DNA of 64,000 nt from NCBI GenBank assembly GCA_965203295.1, contig CBDBCZ010000019.1, forward strand, positions 1,376,001 through 1,440,000, written 5' to 3'. Below are positions 54,741 through 64,000 of this stretch, piece by piece. Position 1 is the first letter of the stretch. Every line of letters starts with the position of its first letter. Under the pieces are notes generated by a model. It did no database searches and was not told the origin of the DNA. It saw only the letters and a list, made by a program, of their open reading frames with translations. Made by a program: the position numbers and the translations under genes. The stretch comes from Nitrospirales bacterium (GTDB lineage Bacteria; Nitrospirota; Nitrospiria; Nitrospirales; UBA8639).

Positions 54741-55397
54741 ATGTTCACTGGTATTGTTGAAGAAATGGGAGTTGTTAACATTTGTGAGAAGGACCTTGCT
54801 GGGACCAAGTTGTCAATTTTGGCCTCGTCCGTATTGGATGACCTCAAAGTTGGCGATAGTGTGAGTTTGTCGGGAATCTGTCTGACGGTCGATGGTGTGG
54901 GCACAGAAAGTTTCACTGTCCAGGTCTCAATGGAAACCATGAGAGTGACCACGTTGGGGAGTCTGGTCGTGGGTTCAGCGGTAAATCTGGAACGAGCAAT
55001 GCAACTCAATAAACGAATCGGAGGACACCTTGTATCAGGGCATGTGGATGGGGTAGGGGTTGTACGTGAACGAATTCAGGAAGGTAATGCTTTCCATTTA
55101 AGCATAGAGGCACCAAAAGAGATCCTGAGATTGTGCATTCAGAAGGGTTCTATTACGGTTGATGGAATTAGCTTGACCATCAATCAGGTGAACGACAATG
55201 GATTTTCGGTAGCCATTATTCCCCATACGGCTCATGTGACCATTCTTGGGAGGAAACAGGTTGGTGATCACGTGAACCTTGAATCAGATTTAGTGGGGAA
55301 ATATGTCGAACGTTTACTTCAAGCCAACGGGTACCTTTCACAAAAATCTCCTGTCAGCATTGACCGTGACTACCTGCAAAAACATGGATTGATCTAG
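54741..55397 (+). CDS. ribE: Riboflavin synthase (alpha chain)
   Basis: MFTGIVEE N-terminus, GICLTV, VNLERA, GGHLVSGHVDG. Confidence 0.96.
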   Translation: MFTGIVEEMGVVNICEKDLAGTKLSILASSVLDDLKVGDSVSLSGICLTVDGVGTESFTVQVSMETMRVTTLGSLVVGSAVNLERAMQLNKRIGGHLVSGHVDGVGVVRERIQEGNAFHLSIEAPKEILRLCIQKGSITVDGISLTINQVNDNGFSVAIIPHTAHVTILGRKQVGDHVNLESDLVGKYVERLLQANGYLSQKSPVSIDRDYLQKHGLI

Positions 55398-55423
55398 TCA
55401 GGTATTGAAAACGCCAGCCAAGA

Positions 55424-57310
55424 TCACTCCTCCAAAGTGGAAATATCTCCTGGATCTTGTCCCGATTCTTTGGCCTTCAAGACTCGCCTCATGATTTTGC
55501 CTGATCGGGTTTTTGGTAAGGACGTCACCACTTCGATTTCCTTAGGCACCGCAATTTTCCCTAACACCGTGAGAACGTGGTCTTGCAGGTTTTTGATTAA
55601 ATCCGGGCTATCGGTTTCACCCTGTTTGAGAATGACAAAAGCCTTAATCATTTCCCCAGCTGTCTTGTGCGGTTTGCCAATCGCCGCGGCTTCCACCACG
55701 GCGTCGTGACTGACAAGGGAACTCTCCACCTCGGCAGTTCCGATGCGGTTCCCAGCCACCTTGATCACATCATCGGCTCTTCCCATAAACCAAAAATATC
55801 CATCTTCGTCTTTATGGCATATATCTCCAGCGGTATAGCAGTTCGGAATCGTGTTCCAATATTCATGGTATCGACCGGGATCCTTGTAGATCGTCCTCAT
55901 CATCGAAGGCCAGGGTTTTTTGATGATCGCGAATCCTCCTCCTGTGCCAATACTCTTTCCTTCTCGATCAACCACATCAGCCTCAATGCCTAAAAAGGGA
56001 CGCGTGGCTGAGCCAGGCTTGAGAGAGACACAGGGTAAAGGCGTGACCAGAATCATCCCTGTCTCGGTTTGCCACCAGGTGTCCATGATGGGTTTGTCGC
56101 CGCCAGTGACGCGGTGAAACCATTCCCATGCCTCCGGATTGATCGGCTCACCGACAGACCCTAAAATTCGTAAGGTTGAGAGATCATATTGTTTAGGCCA
56201 TTCTTCGCCGTATTTCATCAAGAGTCGTATGGCCGTAGGAGTCGTGTAGAAAATAGAGACTCCATAACGCGCAATGAGATCCCACCAACGACCTGGGTTA
56301 GGATAGTCAGGTTTGCCCTCTGCCGTTAAGATGGTGGCTCCATTGAGCAAAGGACCATAGACAATGTAGCTATGTCCTGTGACCCAGCCGTGGTCAGCGA
56401 CGCAGAAATACACATCTTCGTCTTTCAAGTCGAAGACATACTTGGCTGTGATATACGTCCCAACCATGTACCCACCATGGACATGGACAACCCCTTTGGG
56501 TTTCCCGGTGGTACCGGATGTGTAAAGAAAATAAAGCGGAGTCTCCGCGTCCAGGGGTTCAGCTTCGCATGCAGTGGATTGATTCGCTAACCATTCCTCC
56601 CAATCCAGCTCTTTTGGCCCCTGAAGTGTGATGCCCGGTTGTTGACGGCGGACCACAACCAATTTCTCAACCGTTGAGCAGTTCGCAATGGCTTCATCCA
56701 CGACAGATTTGAGGTTGATGCTTTTCCCTCGGTCGAAGCCGAGATCCGAAGTGATCACGAGCCGAGATTCTGCATCTTTGATTCGAGACTCGAGTGCTGG
56801 AGCACTAAACCCAGAATAGACGACTGTATGAACGAGACCAATGCGTGCGCAGGCTAACATGATAATGATCTGTTCCGGAATCTTTGGCAGATAAATGGTC
56901 ACCCTATCGCCTTTTTGGAGATCAAGGGTTTTCAGGGCATTAGCACATTTATTGACTTGGCGCAGCAGCTCGCCATAGGTAAAGATGCGTTCCTCATCAT
57001 TTTCTCCTACCCAAATGACGGCAATCTTATTTTTACGCCAGCCAGCAACATGGCGATCTAGGCAATTATAGGTGATGTTGCACGTACTTCCGAGGAACCA
57101 TTTTGCCCAAGGATAATTCCATTCGAGCACTTGATTCCATGGGGAGAACCACTCTAATTCCTTCGCGACCCCATCCCAAAACTTTTCTGGGTCGCTGATC
57201 GATTCTTGGTAAGCCTTTTCATAATCTTGAATATATGCCTGCTTCATCGTTTTTGACGTCGGGTGATAAACGTGGTCGGTTTTGAGTAGCGTTTCAATCT
57301 TCTCTTCCAT
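55424..57310 (-). CDS. acs: Acetate--CoA ligase
   Basis: YTSGTTGKPKG, SVGEPINPEAW, DTWWQTETG, PKTRSGKIMRR. Confidence 0.96.
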   Translation of the reverse strand: MEEKIETLLKTDHVYHPTSKTMKQAYIQDYEKAYQESISDPEKFWDGVAKELEWFSPWNQVLEWNYPWAKWFLGSTCNITYNCLDRHVAGWRKNKIAVIWVGENDEERIFTYGELLRQVNKCANALKTLDLQKGDRVTIYLPKIPEQIIIMLACARIGLVHTVVYSGFSAPALESRIKDAESRLVITSDLGFDRGKSINLKSVVDEAIANCSTVEKLVVVRRQQPGITLQGPKELDWEEWLANQSTACEAEPLDAETPLYFLYTSGTTGKPKGVVHVHGGYMVGTYITAKYVFDLKDEDVYFCVADHGWVTGHSYIVYGPLLNGATILTAEGKPDYPNPGRWWDLIARYGVSIFYTTPTAIRLLMKYGEEWPKQYDLSTLRILGSVGEPINPEAWEWFHRVTGGDKPIMDTWWQTETGMILVTPLPCVSLKPGSATRPFLGIEADVVDREGKSIGTGGGFAIIKKPWPSMMRTIYKDPGRYHEYWNTIPNCYTAGDICHKDEDGYFWFMGRADDVIKVAGNRIGTAEVESSLVSHDAVVEAAAIGKPHKTAGEMIKAFVILKQGETDSPDLIKNLQDHVLTVLGKIAVPKEIEVVTSLPKTRSGKIMRRVLKAKESGQDPGDISTLEE

Positions 57311-57554
57311 CAGGTCGACTCCTCTTTGGTGTAAGGGATTCTTAAAGGATCTCCTCAATCATGAGTGGTCGTGTGAACTCTATTGTCAGATACATGAGTC
57401 CAGCGTGATTTTCTCCATGCTCTTTAGTGGCTGCATGCTATCGAAAATCTCTAGGGTATTCAACCGAGAGATACATAGTAGATGAAGGTCAGGCAAGAGT
57501 AAAATCATTTTTCTTTTCTTGCCTCTCGATACCACGTGGATAGTTTGGGAACGA

Positions 57555-60500
57555 TTAGGCAGAAGCGATGGTTGATGTGTCTTCCGGGATAAAGACGCCG
57601 CCTTGAATCAGCACGGAATTGGACGGAATGGCAGGAACTCGATCCCCCGGTTGAAGGATGCCGACAAGATTCAAGGGATCGGATCCTGACAAGCGAATCT
57701 CCTGACTTCCGGTTTGTGGATCCCGACGGACTGCCCGAAGAGTTTCGATGGCTTCGGGTAATCCAAACTGTTCGCCGCTGAACCCGCTCACAAAACGTCC
57801 ATCCCGTATTTCCCCACGAAATTCCATCTGTCGGTACTCAATCAGAAGATCTCGCCAGGCAAAGGGCAAGGTCTCTCGTCGAAGAAGATCTGGGAAGACG
57901 ACACCATACCGGCGTAGGAACAACTTGGCAAGTTTCTCTGTGGAGTTGGGATTGGACGTTCCATCCGACTGAGTCTCAAGGAAATGTCCAGCCAACAATG
58001 CCCACCGCCCGATTGAATGCCGAGGCCGTTTGTTATGGTGTCGTCCTACTCCTCGTCGGCGTTGGGGATCTAGGAGTGCTCGAAGATTGTCAAAGACATC
58101 TCCCGTAATGAAACCGGCGCTTGTCAATTCCCATAGACCCTGTTCGACCTCTGCTTGCAAGTGACCTGTCCCTCCGATGATATCGGTAAAGAAACTTGCC
58201 CCATGATGCTGAAGGAATTGGTGAATGTTTTGAGCAACTGGAGACACTGGGTCACGTAACAGCGTTTGACTTGATGGTTTCTATTTTCTGGATACCGCAA
58301 ATAGCCAGTCTGCATCTTCTCGAGGAAACCAGCTGATTGGGGATAAACTTGTCGGAATGATTCGTGTTCGAGCCTTTACTCCTTGCCTTTCTTTCTCCGT
58401 TGCTGGTGGGGTTAATCGACCCCAACTTATTCTTCCTCTGAGGCAGAGGTAATCCAAGTCGTCTGGTCGATAATGATTGAGTCGCATTTTCAAGATAAAC
58501 GATTCCCAAGCCGAAGCTGCTGCCTCAAAGCCAGTCAATTGGCGAAGAATCTCCAAGAGACCAGTATCCTCATGCAGACGAGCGCTGGGGCAGACGTGCT
58601 GCCAGAGGAGCAAAAATCTCATAAAATCAGTCCCTGAGACCGGTTCTATTTCCTGCCGCAGAACCTTCACTGTGCGACGATGGATTCGGGCAAGGAGATG
58701 GCGATGACACCATTCCTGTTGCTGAACTTTTCCTTTGGGAGTCTGAGCGAGACTGTCTAAACTGTTTCCATGGGATGAAGAGGGTAAGGTGGTGGCTCGA
58801 GTGGGAGACTCAGGACGAAAATGGCCTTGAATAACTTCTTCCATGCCTTCGAGTTGGCGAAGGGCTGTTTGAATGGCTAGGGGAGGGAAATGAAGCTTCT
58901 GAGCAAGTTCTCCTTCGGTAACCGGACCAATACATTCCATCCAACCACGAACAATACAGGTCATGGCCTCCTTTGCATCAAGGGCAGATGGCTGTGGAAA
59001 AGGATTCTCATGTGGACTGACTGTGAATGGAACTTCTTCATCTCATCGCTAAAGGCCGTTCTGATGTGGGGGAGGTGCTCTAGGGTCACCCAACCTTCAC
59101 TGGGAGGTTGAGTGTCCCTTGGATTCCCAACGGTCACCTTGAGAGCTCGTTTCGTTTCTACTAAGGGAAGAAAAAAGTCTTGCCAATCTCTAGCCAGTTC
59201 TTCAGGCACCCAAATAAGCCGGTGCAGGGCGTCTTCTAATTCATCAGCATCTCTCAGTACAGGCCAAGCTTCGTTTGTGACAGAGGCAATGGCTGCAGGA
59301 TCGAGGGCTCCCAAGGATTGATGCTCTTCCGTGGGCAATGCATGGCGCATGGTAACAGCTCGAGCTTGCCGCTCCTCCAGAGGCGCGTCGTCCAAAAACG
59401 CATAAGGGTTCGCATTAAGAATTTCGTGAGAGAATGGTGAGGGAGTTGGAGATTCGACGGTAAGACAGTGAACGGCTCCCGCTTCTATTTTTTCCAATAG
59501 GGCTGTCAGCCCCTCAAGATCCATTGCCTCCTCCAGGCAATCTTTCAAGGTTTCTTGAACAAGCGGGTGGTCGGGTATGGGAATGTCCCCAACATGGTTG
59601 TCTCGGCAAGCTGTGGCCATGGGAAACGCCCCAGCGAGTAAATCTTCTGCTCGCATACGTTGAATATGGAACGGTACTCGTTTCCCATTTCGGAAACGAA
59701 GGAGGGCCAACGCTCGTGAAGCATTCCACCTCCATCGGTCGGTAAACATAGGAGCGGCTAAAACCGCTTGAGTGAGAATGTCTCGAACATTGCGGGTGAG
59801 GAGCATCTGAAAGATCGTCTCCAAAGGAAAACTATGTTTTTACCCAAGAGAAAGGACTAACCCCTCGTCAGTAGCCGCTGCTTGGAGTTCGAAATCAAAG
59901 TTCACACAAAATCGTTTTCGAAGAGCTAAGCCCCATGCTTTGTTGACTCTCCCTCCAAAGGGGCTATGGATCACTAACTGCATACCACCTGCATCATCAA
60001 AGAAACGCTCGGCGATGATGGTTGATTGAGTGGGAACAGCTCCAAGCGTTTTGTATCCGCTTGTCATGTAATCGATGGCTTGGCCCCCACCACGCAAATC
60101 CAGGCCGCATGTCGATTGCAACCATTCTAAAGTAGCGTGTGAGCGTGGACGTTCTGGGGGCACTGAATTTTCCATCGGTGGACTCGGAGTGATTCCCGCA
60201 CGGGATAGTATCTCCTCGCGTAAGTTTCCTACCTCTGATGAGAGTTCTACAGTTCGGGAAGGGGCTTCCCCTTGCCAGAAGGGAATGTTGGGAGGGGCTC
60301 CATGGGCATCTTCCACACGAACAATTCCTGTTTCGACTCGGCGGATACGCCAGGAGGTATTGCCCAGGAGCATAATATCTCCTGCAAGACTCTCAACCGC
60401 AAAATCTTCATCAACTGAACCGATTACTGTTTCCTGAGGTTCAGCGATGACTGAATAGGTGCCTGTATCGGGAATGGCTCCACCGGAGGTGAGAGCAGCT

Positions 60501-61987
60501 AATCTCGCTCCTCGTCGTGCCAGGAGACGATGATTGATTCGGTCGTGAAAGATCATGGCCTGGGACCTGCCTCTGCCTGGAACAAACCCTTCGGCGAGCA
60601 TATGGATCACGGCTTGAAATTGTTGCCGAGTTAAATATCGGTAGGGATAGGCGCGGGTACACAACGCAAAGAGGTCATCTTCTGACCACTCCTGCGTGGC
60701 GACAGCAGCCACCATTTGCTGCGCCAGAATGTCGATGGGTAGGGAAGGAACACGAATGGAATCAAGTCTGCCTTCTTGTATGGCCCGTATGATGGCTGCG
60801 CATTCGAGAAGCTCGTCTCTCGTACTACAAAAAAGACGCCCTTTGGGAATTGCGCCAACCCAGTGGCCGGCACGTCCAATTCGTTGCAAGGCCGTGGCAA
60901 TGGCACGAGGAGACCAAATTTGACAAACTAAATCGACATCACCAATGTCTATTCCAAGCTCCAACGATGCTGTGGCCACGACGACTCGGGTTTGTCCACT
61001 TTTGAGTCGAGCCTCGGCAGAGAGACGAAGCCGTCGAGAAAGGCTTCCATGATGAGCCGCGACGTGATCTTCTCCCAACCGCTCGGTGAGATGGTGGGCG
61101 AGTCGCTCGGTCAGACGTCTGGTATTCACAAATACTAATGTCGATCGATGGGTTTGGATCAGTTCAGTCAATCGATCATAAATATCAGCCCAGATGGCAT
61201 TCGTGCCTACAGCACTTAATTCATCTTTGGGGACTTCAACTGCTAAATCCATCGCACGCCTTTGGCCCATATTCACGATAGAGCATGCGAGTGCTGGGGA
61301 CGTGTGAACTTTCACCTCATGGGTCACATGAGCTTGACCGACCAAGAATTTCGCGACTTCTTCAATTGGGTGTTGGGTAGCGGAAAGACCGATTCGATTT
61401 GGAGGTACGGTCGTAAGAGCTTGAAGTCGTTCTAAGGACAGGGCGAGATGGGCTCCACGTTTATTGGAGGCCACTGCATGAATTTCATCAATGATGATGG
61501 TACGAACCGTTTGCAGAATGGGGCGACTTTTTTGTGCCGTTAATAACAAAAAGAGTGATTCAGGAGTCGTGATCAAAATGTGAGGAGGTCGAAGAATTAA
61601 TTGTCTAAGGTTTTTTGCCGGCGTGTCTCCAGTTCGAACCTCGACACGAATTTCAGGTGATAAGTGCCCGGCTTCGAACGCCAGCGCTGAAATCTCCACG
61701 AGAGGCTGTCGAAGATTTATTTGAACGTCGTTACTCAAGGCCTTCAGGGGGGAGACATACAGGACTTGCGTTTTGTCCTCTAAGGCCCCGTGAAGACTTT
61801 GTTTGAATAGGGAGTCAATGCAAGTTAGGAAGGCTGCAAGGGTTTTTCCCGAACCAGTAGGTGCAGCAATTAAAGCGTGAGAACCGTCAAGAATCGTTGG
61901 CCAACTGGCCTGCTGAACATCAGTAGGAGTGACGAACCGTTTTTGGAACCACTGAGCAATGATTGGGTGAAAATGGGACAGTGGCAT
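57555..61987 (-). pseudogene. lhr: Large Lhr-family SF2 helicase broken into four pieces
   Basis: APTGSGKT, SPLKALSND, DEIH, ATASLELGID, QRIGRAGH, C-terminal RRYGVV...GRFVSGFSGEQF; TAA 59840-59842, 5-bp duplication 59038-59047, TAG 58281-58283. Confidence 0.9.
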
Positions 61988-62113
61988 AACAACAAAATCT
62001 TACCATATTTTTCCCCCAAGGCCGAGTGAGTGGTCTGATCATGAAGCACAGGCGAAGAGATATTACATGGAATACAGGATTTCGAATTCTACGAAAGATG
62101 TGAGGATGAGCTA

Positions 62114-62818
62114 TTACGGCGTGGCTTGATTGTGAATTCGGATGGAGTCTGCCCGCTTTTCAACCGTCTTGGCTTCCTCTTCACGGTGGGTTTCCCGAAG
62201 CAAACTGGCATAATGATCCAGAATTGTGACCATCTGTCTATGTTCTGGGCCCATGGAATGTTCAGTAATCTGTATCGCTCTTGTGTACCGCTCCTCGGCC
62301 AAATCATATTTTTGCTGGAATTGAGCGAGACGAGCCAGAGTCGTAAGAATTCCTACGAGATGAGGATGCGTCGGGCCTAACGTGTGTTCCAGAATGGACA
62401 GAGCCCGATTCCATAATGGTTCAGCTTGATCATGTTTTCCTTGCAATAAAAACAGGGAGGCGAGATTATTCAATCCTAAAACAATGTCAGCGTGGTTTGG
62501 TCCCTGAATATCTTCCACGATCGTTAATGATTGACGATATCGAAGTTCCGCTTCTTCATATTCCCCGAGAGCCTCATGGACAGCTCCTAAGTTGTTCAGC
62601 GTTGTGGCTTTTCGAGGATTGGGTGATTGGCCGTTTTCCGTATACTCCAAGGCTTGAAGAAACCAATGTTTGGCCTGGGCGAATTGTCCTTTTTGATAAG
62701 CTGCCATCCCAAATGAATTAGCTTGAGACCAGTCAGTTTGTTCAGAAGATGAGACACTCACTATAGGAAAGTGTCCCGACAATTGAAAAAGAAAGAACAA
62801 TATTGCGACTCTTATCAT
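62114..62818 (-). CDS. Exported tetratricopeptide-repeat protein
   Basis: Signal-like N-terminus; kinesin-light-chain-type repeats ATTLNNLG...GPNHAD / LGPTHP / MGPEH. Confidence 0.85.
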   Translation of the reverse strand: MIRVAILFFLFQLSGHFPIVSVSSSEQTDWSQANSFGMAAYQKGQFAQAKHWFLQALEYTENGQSPNPRKATTLNNLGAVHEALGEYEEAELRYRQSLTIVEDIQGPNHADIVLGLNNLASLFLLQGKHDQAEPLWNRALSILEHTLGPTHPHLVGILTTLARLAQFQQKYDLAEERYTRAIQITEHSMGPEHRQMVTILDHYASLLRETHREEEAKTVEKRADSIRIHNQATP

Positions 62819-62918
62819 AGAATGATGTGCTTTAAGAAAGTGGACAAGTGAGACTATCTTTTTCGTGCTCCCGTTGTATGTCACATCAATCCTTCCTGAG
62901 TTCAAGATTGGAATATCT

Positions 62919-63353
62919 TTAAGTTGTCTTGGAACCGATTGAGTCGATTGAGTAGGGACTTAGGCACCGCCAGGCCAACACACCAATCGTAGCCCCTATA
63001 GAATCGGCCAGCAGATCCCAGCCATCAGATTTTCGAAGAGGAACAAAGAATTGGTGTATTTCGTCAGTAAGTCCGAAAATAATGCTAGCCAGAACGGCCA
63101 GAAAAGAGGCATGGATAGATGGAGTCCTACCTGCTGCTTGCTCAAAGGTCCGATAAAAAAGAATTCCCAGAATGGCATATTCGGTAGCATGAATCACTTT
63201 GTCATTGAATAAAAGAAAAAATCGAGAGAGGCGTGCCTCTGGGTGAGAGAGTGAGGAGAAATAGACAATTAACCCGCCGTATAAAATTAATGGAACCCAA
63301 TACCGGATGATCTTTGGGACAATAGGAGTAGAAAAATATTTGGATCTGGTCAT
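62919..63353 (-). CDS. VanZ-family membrane protein
   Basis: DKVIHATEYAILG, DEIHQFFVPLR, DLLADSIG. Confidence 0.88.
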   Translation of the reverse strand: MTRSKYFSTPIVPKIIRYWVPLILYGGLIVYFSSLSHPEARLSRFFLLFNDKVIHATEYAILGILFYRTFEQAAGRTPSIHASFLAVLASIIFGLTDEIHQFFVPLRKSDGWDLLADSIGATIGVLAWRCLSPYSIDSIGSKTT

Positions 63354-63747
63354 TGACTTTGGTGCTCATTGAAGGTGAGTGAACCCTACCAATTTTCCAT
63401 GAACGACAATAAGCAAAAGTTTAACAGATCTTTGATTCCATCAAAACGTCATGATGACACAAGATATCTGTTTCCTGCAGAAATTTCTTTGCGTTAGTCA
63501 TTTTTAGCGCGTGCATACGAATGCAATCCCTGTTGATCGTTGGCTTGAATACGTAATGCTACGTAATTTCGGTTCTTAAGTCTTGTATTTCATCCCCCGG
63601 TATCTAAAAAAGTTTCCTTAGTTAGGCACGGACGTCAGTCAGCCCCTAAAAGAAGAAAGGTGTGCTCGGTTGACTCCTGGGTATGCCTGTGATCGAATAT
63701 CATCTTTGTGAAGGCTTTAACTTTCTCTTTTCTCTAAAAAGTGAGCA

Positions 63748-64000
63748 ATGTTCATGGACATTTTGGCTGAGATCCGTCGCGTGATTGACCTAGAGGGTCG
63801 GACTGTCTTAGGGCTTCTGAATACTGTGGGACCCAATTATGACCAGGCCGTTCACCTGCTCTACACTTGTTCGGGCAAAGTCGTTGTGACCGGTGTTGGC
63901 AAGTCTGGCCTTATTGCTCAAAAAATTGCCGCAACAATGGTCTCGACGGGCACACCAGCTCTCTTCCTCCATGGGTCCGAAGGGATGCATGGTGATATTG
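63748..64000 (+). CDS. kdsD: KpsF/GutQ-family arabinose-5-phosphate isomerase, N-terminal part
   Basis: Manual translation: GKVVVTGVGKSGLIAQKIAATMVSTGTPALFLHGSEGMHGDI (SIS domain); runs off window end. Confidence 0.9.
   Translation, partial: MFMDILAEIRRVIDLEGRTVLGLLNTVGPNYDQAVHLLYTCSGKVVVTGVGKSGLIAQKIAATMVSTGTPALFLHGSEGMHGDI

Overview
Mostly housekeeping chromosomal DNA from a diderm bacterium; gene content suggests Nitrospirota/Nitrospira-like (inference, not a database result). Core genes: valS (partial), guaB-guaA-rluB-aspS, serS, rph-rdgB, coaD/rsmD, gatC-panD-gatA-gatB, eno-ftsB-era-mgtE-recO, ribE, acs, kdsD (partial) and three tRNAs (Ser-TGA, Pro-TGG, Arg-TCT). Notable: (1) a six-gene UBact (Pup-like) tagging/20S proteasome operon at 13.4-20.0 kb in which arc, dop and prcB each carry one inactivating lesion; (2) a Ski2/HelY-like SF2 helicase encoded as two intact genes in permuted order, with a Rho-N-like extension and a DESQ motif II; (3) about ten non-essential genes broken by nonsense codons, small indels or short tandem duplications, with many inferred G:C>T:A changes, pointing to ongoing genome erosion (or sequence artefact); (4) a decayed island at tRNA-Ser (IS1380 and IS5 remnants, hsdM and usp fragments) and a small AT-rich insert at tRNA-Arg; (5) several small ORFs below the ORF-track cutoff. 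No CRISPR array or rRNA was seen.
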